Shown here: in pieces, positions 1 to 11,811 of the stretch
Layout: every line of letters begins with the position of its first letter
Numbering within the stretch: position 1 is the stretch's first letter
Origin: Candidatus Poseidoniales archaeon
Lineage (GTDB): Archaea > Thermoplasmatota > Poseidoniia > Poseidoniales > Thalassarchaeaceae
DNA: 64,000 bases
NCBI GenBank assembly: GCA_003602515.1
Contig: QQSB01000006.1
Location: 16,234 to 80,233 of the forward strand
Direction of reading: 5' to 3'
Notes under the pieces: generated by a model
Told to the model about the DNA's origin: nothing
Seen by the model: only the letters and a program-made list of their open reading frames with translations
The model's database searches: none
Position numbers and translations under genes: made by a program

Positions 1-5
1 ATCTT

Positions 6-443
6 GTGATAATCGGCCGCGGCTCTCTGCGAGGGAAGCTAAATCGGTTGGCTTCCAGATTGGGAATTAGCCACCGAGTCACAATAGAGTCCGGGATGGG
101 GTTCGAGCAGATCTCCGAGATGTACAGGATATCTGATTTGGTGATCTACCCGTCATACTACGAGGGCCAGGGGCTGATTCCATTGGAAGCAATGAGTTCT
201 GGTACACCTGTGGTGACCGTCAACCATGGACCATTGCCCGAGATGGTTGATGAAAGCGTTGGAGGACTTTTTGAAATAGGCTCAGTAGAGTCACTTTCCG
301 AGTCCATATGTCACGAGTCGTCTTCTATGGACTCCTTACTCGAGAAAGGTAGAGAGGGAAGGAATAGGGTCTTAGAAAGATTCACTCTCGATGGCAATGC
401 AGAGGACTTCTTGACGGTTTATCGCCGAGCCATATCACAATAA
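6..443 (+). CDS. Glycosyltransferase family 4 (GT1-fold), C-terminal fragment. The gene begins upstream of the window.
   Basis: The ORF is open at the window start. The C-terminal GT4 signature ...EGQGLIPLEAMSSGTPVV...GGLFE matches the conserved E-x7-E region of group 1 glycosyltransferases. Confidence 0.6.
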   Translation: MIIGRGSLRGKLNRLASRLGISHRVTIESGMGFEQISEMYRISDLVIYPSYYEGQGLIPLEAMSSGTPVVTVNHGPLPEMVDESVGGLFEIGSVESLSESICHESSSMDSLLEKGREGRNRVLERFTLDGNAEDFLTVYRRAISQ

Positions 444-462
444 CGTCCGGGGAAACTCTTGA

Positions 463-1566
463 TTGCTAATCCACCCTCCGCTCATTATGGAGAGCCGTAT
501 TTCCTCAGTTCGGAGATCGAATAGCGCCACGATAGCTAATTTCGGTATTATAACCCTAGTTGGGTACCTAGTTCTGGTCAATCTGAAGGCTATCCTGATG
601 CCACTTGCAATTGCAGTACTGATTTATTTCCTGATCAGGGCGCCCGAGCAGTACCTTATCGAGAGGTTCGATATCGTCTCTAGAATGCCAATGCTGGCTT
701 ATGGGGTTATACTCGCATTCGGTGCATTGGTATCTTACGGGGTGTCGATTCTGTTGTATCGGAATATCGACCAATTCAAGGACGAGATGAACAAGGACGG
801 TGGACTGATTGACAAATTCGACGAGAAGTGGACGAACCTTGGAGAGGCCAACCTCTATGGTTTGGAAGACGTGATAACAAGCCAGGAGACTATCGAGAAC
901 GTCCTCGACCCACAGAACATCCAGGATTTCGCCACAAACATCCTTGCCGATCTGGCTTCATTCATGACTACCATGGTCACCGTTGCAATTTTCGTCATAT
1001 TCATCATCCTAGAGGAGAAGAGCCTCCCCGGGAGATTCAAGGCTGCCTTCCCAGGTTCCTATGGAAGTGTTCGAGCTATCGTTTCAAACTCCTCAGAGGC
1101 TATTTCCACATATGTGATTTCTAAGGCAACTTGTAGCGCCGGTCAAGCAATCGTACTGGCCTTCCTACTCTGGGCAATGGGGATCCCAGGTTGGTTTTTG
1201 TTCGGGGTTCTATGCTTCCTTCTGGACTTCGTGCCAATTCTCGGGGCTCTTCTTGCCACCATACCTCCGATGATGATCGCCTTGATCGTGCTCGATCCAT
1301 TACAGGCATTGCTTCTCGGAGCACTAATGATCGCCAACCAACAGCTGTTCGGCTCATTCATAGAGCCAAACCTATCTGGTCAGAGGCTAGGGATTTCTCC
1401 ATTGGTCCTACTCCTAACCGTGATGGTCAGTGCTTCGGTCTGGGGCATTTCCGGTGCGATCATCGGCGTCCCAATCATGATCATCGCTAGGATAGCCCTG
1501 GAGGAGGACGAGAGGACTCGCCCAATCGCCCTGATGCTAGCCATGAAGGTTCACGAGGAAGAGTAG
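463..1566 (+). CDS. AI-2E family transporter (PerM/UPF0118-like permease)
   Basis: A 367-aa polytopic membrane protein. The C-terminal region GALLATIPPMM...LGALMIANQQLFGSFIEPNLSGQRLGISPLVLLL...GVPIM is typical of AI-2E/UPF0118 transporters. Confidence 0.7.
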   Translation: MLIHPPLIMESRISSVRRSNSATIANFGIITLVGYLVLVNLKAILMPLAIAVLIYFLIRAPEQYLIERFDIVSRMPMLAYGVILAFGALVSYGVSILLYRNIDQFKDEMNKDGGLIDKFDEKWTNLGEANLYGLEDVITSQETIENVLDPQNIQDFATNILADLASFMTTMVTVAIFVIFIILEEKSLPGRFKAAFPGSYGSVRAIVSNSSEAISTYVISKATCSAGQAIVLAFLLWAMGIPGWFLFGVLCFLLDFVPILGALLATIPPMMIALIVLDPLQALLLGALMIANQQLFGSFIEPNLSGQRLGISPLVLLLTVMVSASVWGISGAIIGVPIMIIARIALEEDERTRPIALMLAMKVHEEE

Positions 1567-2172
1567 TCAGCGTCTTGATATGACGACCAGAACCCCTTCC
1601 CCTCTTACAGAAACAAAACCCTCCACTCCCTCATTGTGGAGGCCCCTCGTTGACAGGGCGAGGGACTCCCCTTTCATCTCCCACTTGGAACCTGATATCC
1701 ATACCTTTCCAGGTTCGAGGGCGAAGACAGAGAAAGGCTCACCCTGTGGGATTTCAACTGAAAACTCGCCTTCTTCGGGATGGACTCTAGTCGTCACCCG
1801 ACTCTCATGGTGCATCCTAATGATTGCACCTGGGGGTGCATCGAGCATTGCTGCCCAGTTTCCGAGGATGTGATCGGCCCTCCCCCCATCCACTCCGACT
1901 ACGTCGATCTCAGTGAAACCACGATGGATCAGAAGGGCGAGTGATTTTGCCAGATCACTGGTGTTTTGATCGATCATCTCCACAACCTTCCCCTCCCATT
2001 CACGAGCATCAACTGAATCTAGGTCTCCTAGAACCTCATCAACTTCGACGCCCGACTCAAAGGCCCTGTCAGCACCCCCGTCAACCCCGAAAACGGGTAC
2101 GTCGGACGAGATCACCAAGTCAATGACAGATGAAGGGGGAGTTGAACCGTTGCACCACAGAAACGCCCGCAC
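1567..2172 (-). CDS. Thiamine pyrophosphokinase (thiamin diphosphokinase)
   Basis: About 200 aa. Motifs: GVDGGADRA, VLGDLDS (cf. TPK GDFDS) and GVDGGRADHILGN (cf. TPK GGRxDH). Confidence 0.6.
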   Translation of the reverse strand: MRAFLWCNGSTPPSSVIDLVISSDVPVFGVDGGADRAFESGVEVDEVLGDLDSVDAREWEGKVVEMIDQNTSDLAKSLALLIHRGFTEIDVVGVDGGRADHILGNWAAMLDAPPGAIIRMHHESRVTTRVHPEEGEFSVEIPQGEPFSVFALEPGKVWISGSKWEMKGESLALSTRGLHNEGVEGFVSVRGEGVLVVISRR

Positions 2173-2180
2173 TAATTCAC

Positions 2181-3200
2181 CTACCGAGTAGAAATCTTCC
2201 CTTCAGACACAATAACTGACCCCTCCAAACTAACCTCGGGATCAATCAGGGAACCACGTAGGTGAATCCCGACCCTCGCAGTACCTCCGATGTGCGTGTT
2301 GTCACCGAACCCGAAGTACGATGAGCCCCTCACCACAAGGTCCTCGACCTTGTTCCCCACCAGTTCAGTTGCCTTTGGATTCATGCCAAATCCGAACTCA
2401 GCAACTGTCCACAACTGATCCCTCTTGGAACTCCTCAATCCCAATCGGGCAACATCGAAAACAGATATAATCTGATCAGCTATTTCACCGCCTGAGACAT
2501 CTACTACAACCCCGTCTTCTACTTTGAGTGTCAGCGACTCTTCTAGCATCCTTCCTTCCCATGAACCGTCGATGACGATAGTACCATTCATGCTCCCCTC
2601 CTTGGGTAGGACGAATACCTTCCCTGCCGGCAGATTGGCTATCTGCCCGGGACGGTTGCAAATACCAGTGTCCTCTAGAATCCACCTGTCACCAGTAACG
2701 AACTCGATATCAGTGCCCGCTTCCGACTTGACGCTTACACGCCTCTTCCTCCTGAATACTGCACCCATCCCACTGATCTCCCTTTGTAGGGCGTTGTAGT
2801 CGGCAGTCATCCCACCAGACTCGAATGCGATACTCCCGATTCCAGGCATGGAGACAATCCTGGCTCCCTCCCTTGTGGCTGCTGCCCTTGCCCTTGTGTG
2901 AGTCATCGAGTCCTTGGTAGCGATGATGATTACCCTGTTCTTCCTCATTATGTCGGAGACCGGTAACGGCGGTTCCTTCCCAGTTTTCTGGGTCGGGGGC
3001 ATCATTACCAGGAGGATCCTGTCTGTCACTCTGGAAGCCTCCTCGTACAATGCCTGACCCACGTCTGCCGTATCCGGGTCGGTGATCACCAGGACGTCCT
3101 CCTCCCTCCGGACTTGAAGACACGTACGAATCACCGATCTTGCTGTAGACAGCATCGCCTCCGAGTTTTCGGGACTTCTACTGCCATCCTTGGTGGCCAT
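2181..3200 (-). CDS. Putative M29-family (AmpS/aminopeptidase T-like) aminopeptidase
   Basis: 339 aa. The C-terminal FGFGDNTHIGGTARVGIHL resembles the M29 NT(M)xxxKIGGTxH region. The assignment is from memory of the family and not certain. Confidence 0.45.
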   Translation of the reverse strand: MATKDGSRSPENSEAMLSTARSVIRTCLQVRREEDVLVITDPDTADVGQALYEEASRVTDRILLVMMPPTQKTGKEPPLPVSDIMRKNRVIIIATKDSMTHTRARAAATREGARIVSMPGIGSIAFESGGMTADYNALQREISGMGAVFRRKRRVSVKSEAGTDIEFVTGDRWILEDTGICNRPGQIANLPAGKVFVLPKEGSMNGTIVIDGSWEGRMLEESLTLKVEDGVVVDVSGGEIADQIISVFDVARLGLRSSKRDQLWTVAEFGFGMNPKATELVGNKVEDLVVRGSSYFGFGDNTHIGGTARVGIHLRGSLIDPEVSLEGSVIVSEGKISTR

Positions 3201-3236
3201 AGTGACTATCCCTAGATGGGGTCCAGTATTGATACT

Positions 3237-5189
3237 TCACTCGTCCAGTGAGAGATCCCTGCTGCGATTCGAAATCTCGGCGAAGACGTCTGAGACGAAC
3301 TCCTCCAGGACGACCCCCTTCTTCTGATTGCCACTCCTGCCCCTGATGGAGACGGTTCGATCGCTGGCCTCCTCGTCCCCAAGGATCACCATGTAAGCGG
3401 GACGTGTCTTCCTGTGTGTCCTGATTTTCTTTCCGATTGTGTTGTCTGAGTCGTCTACTTGAACCCTGACTCCAGCCACATCAAGAGCCTCCCTTACCTG
3501 CTCGGCGTACTGCTTATGCTTCTCCGAGATAGTGATGATCTGCACCTGAACTGGAGACAGCCAGATTGGAAAGTTCCCTGCCCAGTGTTCGGTTAGGAAG
3601 GCAACAAACCTCTCATGCGTGGAAAGGGGTGCTCTGTGGATGACGAAGACCTCACCATTTTCGGCTCCAGTCTCATCAGTGTAGGTAAGCCCAAAGCGCT
3701 CCTTGGCCGCGAAGTCTAGTTGGATTGTCGACATCGACTCCTCCCTGCCAAGAAGGGTCCTGAACTGAATGTCTATCTTGGGCCCGTAGAAAGCCGCTTC
3801 TCCGACAGCCTCGACGTATTCGACCCCGAGGTCATCGAGAATTTCCCTAAGATGGTCCTGGGTGGACTTCCAGTTCTCAGGCTGATCGATATACTTCTCC
3901 GTGTTGTCAGGATCCCACAGAGAGAGTCTGAAGTGATAGTCGTCAAAACCGAAGACTGAGTAGTATTCTTGCACCATCCTAACATTGTCGGCTACTTCGG
4001 AAGCCACCTGGTCCAGAGTACAGTAGATATGGGCGTCATTCATCGACAGCATCCTGACCCTTAGCAAGCCAGAGAGAGTTCCGGACAATTCGTTCCTGTA
4101 TACTGTGCCATACTCTGCTATCCTCATCGGTAACTCTCGGTAAGACCGCTTCTCGTTCTGGAATATTCTATGGTGAAATGGGCAATTCATAGCCTTCAAT
4201 GCATAGGATCCATCATCCATTTCCATTAGGGGATACATCCCATCAGCGTAGTGAGGAAGGTGGCCGCTGGTCTCGAACAGCTCCTTCTTACCAAGGACAG
4301 GAGTCGTCACCCTGACGTACCCATAGGCCTCCTCGGTCTCGATTGCGAAATTCTCTATTTCGGACTTGAGCGATTCACCATTTGGAAGCCAAACAGGGAG
4401 GCCCTTACCTATCATTTCGTCAATCATGTAGAGCCTCATCTCCTTGCCGATCTTCTTGTGGTCTCTCCTGGAAGCCTCCTCGATCTGCCTCTCCCTCTCT
4501 CTCAGGCCATCTTTGGAGTCGTAGCACATGCCGTAGATTCTGACCAATCCCTCTCTTTCCTTGTCCGCTCTCCAATAGGCCTGACTAGTGCTTGTTAGTT
4601 TGAACCATCTCAATTGGGAGGTCCGGGAAACATGAGGTCCTCTGCACAGGTCCACGAACTCACCTTGACGGTATGCGGATGAGCCGACATCATGACCAAT
4701 CTTGTCATCCATGATCTCCAATTTGAACGGATTCGATGAGAACATATCCCTCAGGGACTCGTTGTCAAGCTCCTCTCTGTCTATGGTGATGTTCTGCTTG
4801 ACCAGCTCTCTCATCCGCTTCTCTATCTCACGTAGCCCATCATCACCAATAGGGTCCATGTGGAAGTCATAGTAGAATCCGTGTTCTATAGGGGGGCCAA
4901 TTGTTGGCTTTGCTTCCGGGTAAAGTTGAGTCACGGCTTGAGCAAGTAGGTGGGCGCAGCTGTGCCTCAGGATGTACAAACCCTCCTCCGAGCTCCCAAG
5001 GATTGGCTCGACCTTACAGTCTCCCTCAAGAGAGTAGGACATGTCCCTCTCTTCTCCGTCTACCAACGCAGCTACGGCTCCGGACTTCCTACCGTGTACG
5101 TTTTTGATAACTTCTCCAGCACTGATTCCACTCGCATACTCATGCGCGCCCTCGTCGCCCACGTCAACAGAAATCATCCCCACTGGCAT
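3237..5189 (-). CDS. thrS: Threonyl-tRNA synthetase, bacterial type (TGS + second additional domain + class II core)
   Basis: Motifs: HSCAHLL (HxxxH of the SAD), FHMDP, class II motifs, RDHRKIGKE. The start was trimmed to ATG 5189 (MPVGMISVD... TGS domain). The ORF track start at 5255 is upstream of this. Confidence 0.9.
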   Translation of the reverse strand: MPVGMISVDVGDEGAHEYASGISAGEVIKNVHGRKSGAVAALVDGEERDMSYSLEGDCKVEPILGSSEEGLYILRHSCAHLLAQAVTQLYPEAKPTIGPPIEHGFYYDFHMDPIGDDGLREIEKRMRELVKQNITIDREELDNESLRDMFSSNPFKLEIMDDKIGHDVGSSAYRQGEFVDLCRGPHVSRTSQLRWFKLTSTSQAYWRADKEREGLVRIYGMCYDSKDGLRERERQIEEASRRDHKKIGKEMRLYMIDEMIGKGLPVWLPNGESLKSEIENFAIETEEAYGYVRVTTPVLGKKELFETSGHLPHYADGMYPLMEMDDGSYALKAMNCPFHHRIFQNEKRSYRELPMRIAEYGTVYRNELSGTLSGLLRVRMLSMNDAHIYCTLDQVASEVADNVRMVQEYYSVFGFDDYHFRLSLWDPDNTEKYIDQPENWKSTQDHLREILDDLGVEYVEAVGEAAFYGPKIDIQFRTLLGREESMSTIQLDFAAKERFGLTYTDETGAENGEVFVIHRAPLSTHERFVAFLTEHWAGNFPIWLSPVQVQIITISEKHKQYAEQVREALDVAGVRVQVDDSDNTIGKKIRTHRKTRPAYMVILGDEEASDRTVSIRGRSGNQKKGVVLEEFVSDVFAEISNRSRDLSLDE

Positions 5190-5254
5190 CCCTCTTCGGT
5201 TCGCCGACGTCCAGTCGATATGAAGGCCTTGGCAGGATTTTGGATACGGGGGCA

Positions 5255-6163
5255 TTATTCAATGACGATTTGCGTACCCGAAGTACCTTCCACCATTCCG
5301 GATATTTCAGAGAGAGAGCCGATTACGGCTCGCTCACCAGTCCTATGCACGAAATCACATGCAGCCTCGACCTTTGGTCCCATAGAGCCTGATTCAAATT
5401 TTCTTCCAGACATTTCCTCCGGGGTAGCCCGTTGGATCAGCACTGCTTCATCGCTCCCCCAATTGTCGTAAACGCCATCTGCATCAGTGGCGAGGATCAG
5501 CAATCTAGCCCCCAGCTGTCTTGCAAGCAGCGCACTTGCCCGATCTTTGTCTATGACTACCTCGACCCCTTCTAGAACTCCTTCTGAGTTGTAAGCAGTA
5601 GGAATTCCCCCACCACCCGCGCAGATTACAACAACCCCCTTCTCCAGAAGCCAGTGAATGGGCCTTAACTCGAAAATCCTGTGAGGTTCGGGAGAGGGGA
5701 CAACTCTCCTCCATCCCGCACCGTCTCTTGCTATCGACCACCCCTTCTCCTTGGAGATTCTCCGTGCCTCATCCTCAGCGTAAACAAGACCGATCGGTTT
5801 GGTGGGATTCTGGAATGCGGGATCGTCAGGATCTACCTCCACCATTGTCAGAATTGTCGCGAAAGCAGACTCCGTCGGCATCATGTTTCCAAGCTCCTGC
5901 TCGATGTAGTATCCGAGCATCCCCTCGGTCTGAGCACCGAGGACATCCAATGGGTACTCCTCAACTTCCTTGTACGATGCGGACTGCAATGCAAGAAGAC
6001 CCACTTGGGGGCCATTACCATGCGTGATAACTAACTGGCACTTCTCTGCCAGGGGGGCAAGGGCCTTGCAAGCAGATCTCACATTCCTCCTCTGATTCTC
6101 CGAGGTTGGCTCCTCCCCCCTCTTGAGAAGCGCGTTTCCACCTAGTGCCACCACGACCCTCAT
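5255..6163 (-). CDS. arcC: Carbamate kinase
   Basis: [13 protein letters not shown]...[10 protein letters not shown] is the canonical carbamate kinase N-terminus. The start was trimmed to ATG 6163. Confidence 0.85.
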   Translation of the reverse strand: MRVVVALGGNALLKRGEEPTSENQRRNVRSACKALAPLAEKCQLVITHGNGPQVGLLALQSASYKEVEEYPLDVLGAQTEGMLGYYIEQELGNMMPTESAFATILTMVEVDPDDPAFQNPTKPIGLVYAEDEARRISKEKGWSIARDGAGWRRVVPSPEPHRIFELRPIHWLLEKGVVVICAGGGGIPTAYNSEGVLEGVEVVIDKDRASALLARQLGARLLILATDADGVYDNWGSDEAVLIQRATPEEMSGRKFESGSMGPKVEAACDFVHRTGERAVIGSLSEISGMVEGTSGTQIVIE

Positions 6164-6216
6164 TGAACAGTGTCCCGAGCGTGAACCGATAAGAACACGC
6201 TCCCTCTGGGCCATGC

Positions 6217-7365
6217 ATGGTGCGCGTCGGAATTCTAGCAAATCCCGATGCAGGCTTGGGCGGAAGACTCGGTCTCAAAGGATCGGACGGACAGGCTGAG
6301 TTGGCTCGTTCAAAGGGAGCGGAGGATAGGTCCGGACCACGCCTAGAATCCATGCTTAGGCACTTCTCCAGGATCCATCGAGGAGAATCAAGTCAGATAG
6401 AGTGGATTACCAGTTCGGGCAGGATGGGTACTGAGTGGATACCAGTCGATCTCGAGATCGGGGCAATTTCCGAGGTTCATCAATCCCCGGGGGAGACCTC
6501 AGCATCCGATACCCAAGATGCGGTTGCAAGGTTACTTGAGGCTGGGATTGACCTGCTAGTATACTCTGGCGGAGATGGAACAACAAGGGACATTGTCGCG
6601 TCACTATCAGGTTCAGAAACGCCCGAACTACCGGTGATAGGAGTTCCTTCTGGGGTGAAGATGCACTCCGGTTGCTTCGCCAGTTCTCCGAAGGCAGCTG
6701 CCGAGGTCCTCTCAGCTTGGATCCATGGGGATCTACTAGTTTCTTCCACCGAAGTCCTTGATTTGGACGAGGACCTCTACAGAAAGGGGAAATGGGTAGT
6801 GAGGCTCTATGCCGAGGCATTTTCTCCAAATTCCCCTAGATGGATGCAGGGCTCCAAAGAGCTGATTCAGACAGAATCCGAGGATGAAATAATCATCGGA
6901 CTTTCAGATCATATCAGGGAATCAATAGTGGAAGATGGACGCCTAGTGATATGGGGCTCGGGGGGGACTCTCAGAGAGATAGGCGGAAATATTGGCTTCG
7001 AATTGACGACACTTGGGATCGATGCGACAATCGGTTCAGAGCAGGTTGGGACGGATCTAGCAGAATCTGGCCTCATCGAGATTCTTGATTCCCATGAGGG
7101 GCCAGTCACTCTCCTGCTCTCTCCTATGGGTGGCCAAGGATTCCTGATCGGCAGGGGGAATCTGCAACTATCTCCTACAGTCCTCAGTTCGATCGGGATT
7201 GACAATATCATCGGGGTGGTGACTCCCGCAAAACTCCTCACTGTCAGATCGCTGAGGATTGAGACAGGAGACGACTCCCTGGATCAAGAATTCAGTGCCA
7301 AGAGGTACATGAAGGTGCTTCAGGGGTATAGGACGACCAGGATACTTCCAGTTTCAGTCGATTAG
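6217..7365 (+). CDS. ATP-NAD kinase / diacylglycerol-kinase-like fold protein (COG3199-like)
   Basis: A GGDGT motif ([14 protein letters not shown]) in a 382-aa protein. Beyond the NAD-kinase-like catalytic fold there is no other recognisable domain. Confidence 0.5.
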   Translation: MVRVGILANPDAGLGGRLGLKGSDGQAELARSKGAEDRSGPRLESMLRHFSRIHRGESSQIEWITSSGRMGTEWIPVDLEIGAISEVHQSPGETSASDTQDAVARLLEAGIDLLVYSGGDGTTRDIVASLSGSETPELPVIGVPSGVKMHSGCFASSPKAAAEVLSAWIHGDLLVSSTEVLDLDEDLYRKGKWVVRLYAEAFSPNSPRWMQGSKELIQTESEDEIIIGLSDHIRESIVEDGRLVIWGSGGTLREIGGNIGFELTTLGIDATIGSEQVGTDLAESGLIEILDSHEGPVTLLLSPMGGQGFLIGRGNLQLSPTVLSSIGIDNIIGVVTPAKLLTVRSLRIETGDDSLDQEFSAKRYMKVLQGYRTTRILPVSVD

Positions 7366-9023
7366 ACTTCCATCCCCGAAGCCGCCATCAGGAGTCCCAG
7401 GAAAGGGGGACTCGGCCTACCAGGCCTCGACTTGAACTCAGGATGGTACTGAGTGCCGACGAAATACGGGTGTCCTTCTAGCTCCATGATCTCGCACCTC
7501 TCTCCGGTCTCGTCCTTGCCTACAAATACAAGCCCCGACTCCTCTATTTCCTTTATCAGATCAGGATTCACCTCGTACCTGTGCCTGTGCCTCTCATCAA
7601 CATGGTCAGCTCCTCCGTAAAGGCGCTTTATTTTGCAGTCATCCACAAGGAATGGGGTCGGTTTCGTCCCCAGCCTCATCGTGCCTCCCATATGCGTCTT
7701 CGATATCTCAGGCATGAAGACTACAGCCGCGTGAGGGGGCTCTTCATCGAATTCTGTTGAATTCGCACCTTCGAGGCCCAATACGTTCCTGCAGAACTCT
7801 ATTGTCGCCACCTGCAATCCTAGGCAAACGCCCAGATATGGAACGCTATTCTCCCTAGCATACTCTGCCGCCTTTATCTTCCCCTCGATGCCCCTGATTC
7901 CGAACCCTCCAGGTACCAGGATACCATCCGCTGCCTTGAGCAGGTCCCACGCCCGTTCATATGACTCTAGATCTGTCTTCTTCGCGTCTTCGTCTAGTAC
8001 CGAAGACTCGATCCAATCGATGACAAGCTTCCTATCGACCTTGAAAGATGCATGCTGAAGTGCTTTGATAATACTGAGGTATGAGTCCGAGAGATCAGTG
8101 TACTTACCCGCAACTGCTATGTGAACTTCTTCTGCATCCTCCAAGGAGTCGACATGATCGGCTAAATCCTTCCAGTCTTCCAGCAACCTCCTGTTTGACG
8201 AGAGTTTGAAGCCAAATCTCTCCGAGAGCATCTTTGTGACGCCCTGAGACTCCATCATAATCGGGACTTGGTAGATATTAGAAACATCGTGCGCTGATAT
8301 CACTGCCTCAGGAGGCACATGACAGAATGCTGAGATCTTCTGACGTGTTTCGTCAATCAACGGACTCTTCGATCTGCAAACCAGCATATGGGGATTTATC
8401 CCAAGGCCTCTGAGGTCCTTCACCGTGTGCTGCGTCGGCTTGGTCTTCTGCTCTCCGACTGGGCCCATTACCGGAATTAGGCTAACGTGGACGAAGCAAA
8501 CGTTCTCCTGCCCGACTCTGAATTGGAACTGCCTCAAAGCTTCGACGAAAGGAGCACTTTCGATGTCCCCCACAGTACCTCCCAACTCAATCACACAGGC
8601 ATCCGGCTCCTTCCCGTTGCCATCGCTGGGGGTGTGGGCAACCCTCTCAATCCAGTCCTGGATCTCATTTGTGATATGGGGGATGACCTGGACAGTCTTG
8701 CCCAGGTAGTCCCCCCTCCTCTCCCTCTCAATCACGCTTTCATACACCTTTCCTGTGGTGATGTTGTTCTCTTTCGTCAGACACACGTCGAGGAACCTCT
8801 CGTAGTTTCCGAGGTCTAGATCAACTTCCCCACCATCATCCAGTACGAATACCTCGCCGTGTTCGAATGGCGACATAGTGCCTGCATCCGTATTCAGATA
8901 GGGATCAATCTTGATTGCAGTCACTCTCAGTCCTGCGCTTTTGAGTAAAACACCTATGCTACTTGCAGTCACTCCTTTCCCCAATCCGGAGAGCACCCCA
9001 CCCGTCACTACGACATACTTCAT
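7362..9023 (-). CDS. pyrG: CTP synthase
   Basis: [18 protein letters not shown]-terminus and a glutamine amidotransferase C-domain (GVCLGLQ). The start was trimmed to ATG 9023. The track ORF extends 40 codons upstream of this. Confidence 0.9.
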   Translation of the reverse strand: MKYVVVTGGVLSGLGKGVTASSIGVLLKSAGLRVTAIKIDPYLNTDAGTMSPFEHGEVFVLDDGGEVDLDLGNYERFLDVCLTKENNITTGKVYESVIERERRGDYLGKTVQVIPHITNEIQDWIERVAHTPSDGNGKEPDACVIELGGTVGDIESAPFVEALRQFQFRVGQENVCFVHVSLIPVMGPVGEQKTKPTQHTVKDLRGLGINPHMLVCRSKSPLIDETRQKISAFCHVPPEAVISAHDVSNIYQVPIMMESQGVTKMLSERFGFKLSSNRRLLEDWKDLADHVDSLEDAEEVHIAVAGKYTDLSDSYLSIIKALQHASFKVDRKLVIDWIESSVLDEDAKKTDLESYERAWDLLKAADGILVPGGFGIRGIEGKIKAAEYARENSVPYLGVCLGLQVATIEFCRNVLGLEGANSTEFDEEPPHAAVVFMPEISKTHMGGTMRLGTKPTPFLVDDCKIKRLYGGADHVDERHRHRYEVNPDLIKEIEESGLVFVGKDETGERCEIMELEGHPYFVGTQYHPEFKSRPGRPSPPFLGLLMAASGMEV

Positions 9024-9130
9024 CTCATCAACGGGGTCAGAATCAGTCACCCATCCCCTATCAACATTGGCTACAAAAAACCTGTTTGCCTTTTCTTTAA
9101 TTTCAAGTAGCGTCAGATTTACCGTCGCAC

Positions 9131-10087
9131 ATGCCGGGTACATCGGGAGACAAAGTGCTCGTCACTGGAGCCTTGGGTCAGATTGGTACTGACTTGGTTC
9201 AGGCTCTGCGAGAAAGACACGGAAGTGAATCTGTAATCGCCTCTGATATCAGGGATGCGGAAGGGCACCCATCAGTAGAAGAAGGTCCATTCGTCACTCT
9301 AGATGTCCTTGACACCGACGAGATTTCCAGAATCTGCCAGAACCATGGAGTCGGTACGATTTACCATCTCGCTGCGCTTCTCTCTGCAGTCGGAGAGCGT
9401 GACCCAGATTTGTGTCGAAGGATCAATGTGGGCGGGACAATTTCAGTCTTGGAGGCTGCCAAGGAATGCAATCTGAGAGTCTACTCGCCGTCATCGATAG
9501 CTGTTTTCGGACCAGATTCTCCTAGGCATGCCACTCAGGATTCTCCGCTAAACCCCACAACGGTTTACGGCGAGACCAAGGTAACCGGAGAGGCCCTAGC
9601 CCGGGAATACCTTGAACGATTCAATGTCGATACACGTGGTATCAGATATCCCGGCTTGATCTCCTACAGGGCTCCCGCTGGAGGGGGGACCACTGACTAC
9701 GCTGTGGAAATTTTCCATGCCGCTTTGAATGAAGGACACTACCAATGTTTTGTCCGTCCAGACACCCGGCTTCCGATGTTATACATGGACGATGCAATCA
9801 ATGCCACCCTATCTCTGATGGACTCGGACGAAGGGGATCTTGGCGATTCCCGATCAGGATACAACATCCCTTGCCTGTCTTTCTCAGCCGGGGAACTAGT
9901 GGATGCAATTTCAGATAGGGTCGAGGGTTTCACTTGCGATTTCGTTCCAGACGTCAGGCAGGAATACGCCGACTCGTGGCCAGACTCGATAGACGGCTCT
10001 ATTGCAGAGGAGGATTGGGGTTGGACGCCGGAGTTCGACCTCATATCCTTGGTTGATGAGATGCTAAGTGGAATCTCTGGCCGCTAG
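9131..10087 (+). CDS. NAD-dependent epimerase/dehydratase family protein, possibly L-threonine 3-dehydrogenase (short-chain type)
   Basis: [15 protein letters not shown] Rossmann N-terminus and a YGETK catalytic Tyr/Lys motif. The overall layout resembles extended SDR/TDH. Confidence 0.7.
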   Translation: MPGTSGDKVLVTGALGQIGTDLVQALRERHGSESVIASDIRDAEGHPSVEEGPFVTLDVLDTDEISRICQNHGVGTIYHLAALLSAVGERDPDLCRRINVGGTISVLEAAKECNLRVYSPSSIAVFGPDSPRHATQDSPLNPTTVYGETKVTGEALAREYLERFNVDTRGIRYPGLISYRAPAGGGTTDYAVEIFHAALNEGHYQCFVRPDTRLPMLYMDDAINATLSLMDSDEGDLGDSRSGYNIPCLSFSAGELVDAISDRVEGFTCDFVPDVRQEYADSWPDSIDGSIAEEDWGWTPEFDLISLVDEMLSGISGR

Positions 10088-11676
10088 ATCTCTTCTTCGC
10101 CTTCCCAATCTGGGGTGCTCGGGTCAGTTCGGGCCCAGAGTACATCATCGATTCTAAGAACGCCGATTGCGGCTTCGGTTGCACCAGAAAGAGCGTGCTT
10201 AACTACGAATTCAGTATCCAGTACTCCCATCTCCCCCATATCGCAGTTCTTCCCGCTCTGGAGATCGAAACCAATCCAAGCGCCGGACTCCCTCTGATCT
10301 GCCGATAGTGAGAGGATCACCTCCACAGGGTCTCTACCGGCATTTTCTGCAAGAATCCTTGGAATCGACTCAAGCGCTGAAGCATACGCCTCAATGGCAA
10401 GTTGCTCTCTACCCGACAGCGTCTGTGAGAATGACCTCAGGTGCCTTGCAAGATGGGACTGAATTGCACCCCCGCCAGGAAGGACCCCAGGTCTGCTGTT
10501 GAGCCGATGCGCCACGCCAATGGCATCGTCGAAAATCCTGATCGCCTCTTCCCTAACCGCTGGGGAGGAACCTCTGACGACCAGAGTCATCCCCCCGCCG
10601 TCACCTTCTATCAGGGTGTGCTTAACATCTGAAATTCTCTCTTCCCCTCTCTTCGAATAAGTCCCTAGGTCCTCATCTCCCAGAGCACTTACGCTTCTTG
10701 CCGGCCTAGCTCCAGTTATCCTGGATAATAGGTCCATGTCGCTCCTCTCGAATCTTCGGTATGCCACGATTCCCGCCTTTGTCATTAGAGAAATCGCTTC
10801 GTCGTCGATCCCGTCCCTGACTACCAGAAGGTCGACACCGAGTGATGAGAGGTGCGTCACTTGCTTTTGCATGTTCTCCCTAGATCTTTCATGGAATTCC
10901 TGCATTATTCCGAGGCTGCTTACCTCGATCGATGCATCAGTCTCCAGCTTGGCATGTTCCAAACCACCGTCAATGATCGCAACAACCCCTCCATCGGAAT
11001 TCTCTGGACTGGTTGCATCGACCCTTGACTTTAGAAGCATCAATCCATTGACCAAGGATGAGTCCATGACGTTGCCCTCTCTAATCTGGAGACGTTTGAC
11101 AACCATCCTTTCCAGATCGTCCCCACCTTCCAAATCCACCAGACCATCTGCCGCCTCGACAGCTAGGCCTGCAATCAGACCGCACACTGAAGAGTCCCCC
11201 TTCCCTTGGAGAGAAGTCCTAACGACCTGAGACTTTTGCTCTTCATCCGATTCCCTCGAGACCTTCTCAGTCTCCTTTATCGACTCCTCCAGTGCAATCG
11301 AGTACCCGTTCACGATAATTGAGGGATGAACCCCCATTCTAACTAGTTCCAGAGCGTTCTGCAGCATCTCTGCAACAAGCAGGACAGTAGTAGTAGTCCC
11401 GTCCCTAGCAGCCCTATCCTGAGATGATGAGGCATCGATAAGCAGCCTAGCTGTGGGATGTTCCACATTTGCCTTTTCTAGAACGGTGACGCCATCATTT
11501 GTAACCAACGCCGACCCATCACCGTCAACAAGCATTTTGTCCAGCCCCTTCGGACCTAGGGTTGAACGAATCGCCCCAGCAAGAGATGAAGCAGCCTTGA
11601 CGTTGTTCACCAGAGCTGTCCTACCATGGATTCTATCCGTATCCTCCAGAGCTACATCGTGATCAGACTCGACCAT
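10084..11676 (-). CDS. ths: Thermosome subunit (group II chaperonin)
   Basis: Motifs [13 protein letters not shown] and [15 protein letters not shown]. The start was trimmed to ATG 11676 (MVESDHDV...), giving 40 aa before GPKG as in other thermosomes. The track start at 11769 is GTG. Confidence 0.9.
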   Translation of the reverse strand: MVESDHDVALEDTDRIHGRTALVNNVKAASSLAGAIRSTLGPKGLDKMLVDGDGSALVTNDGVTVLEKANVEHPTARLLIDASSSQDRAARDGTTTTVLLVAEMLQNALELVRMGVHPSIIVNGYSIALEESIKETEKVSRESDEEQKSQVVRTSLQGKGDSSVCGLIAGLAVEAADGLVDLEGGDDLERMVVKRLQIREGNVMDSSLVNGLMLLKSRVDATSPENSDGGVVAIIDGGLEHAKLETDASIEVSSLGIMQEFHERSRENMQKQVTHLSSLGVDLLVVRDGIDDEAISLMTKAGIVAYRRFERSDMDLLSRITGARPARSVSALGDEDLGTYSKRGEERISDVKHTLIEGDGGGMTLVVRGSSPAVREEAIRIFDDAIGVAHRLNSRPGVLPGGGAIQSHLARHLRSFSQTLSGREQLAIEAYASALESIPRILAENAGRDPVEVILSLSADQRESGAWIGFDLQSGKNCDMGEMGVLDTEFVVKHALSGATEAAIGVLRIDDVLWARTDPSTPDWEGEEEI

Positions 11677-11811
11677 CTGTGCCCTTCCAACCAAGCCTCT
11701 GTTTTCAATACGCTCATACCCATTCAACCTCATTAATCTCGAAGTGCATCCGTTCCATTCAAATACCACCCATCTTTCCCACTATACAACTAGAGGTTGA
11801 TTAGTGATATT

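Noticed and set aside
3237-5255. Long N-terminal extensions in the ORF-track calls for thrS, arcC, pyrG, the thermosome, hsp20, dnaK, sucC and the GGR-like gene.
   Set aside because: The track opens ORFs at TTG/GTG, which I verified for 11769 (GTG), 11797 (TTG) and 12416 (TTG). Conserved N-terminal family signatures begin at internal ATG codons, which I checked on the sequence. The extensions are therefore treated as artefacts, not as novel domains.
11677-11811. A CIRCE/HrcA operator or a recognisable BRE/TATA in the thermosome / hsp20-dnaK intergenic region.
   Set aside because: There is no TTAGCACTC-N9-GAGTGCTAA-like inverted repeat. Only weak TATA-like strings (actatacaa; attaat) are present, and I cannot position them confidently relative to unknown transcription start sites.
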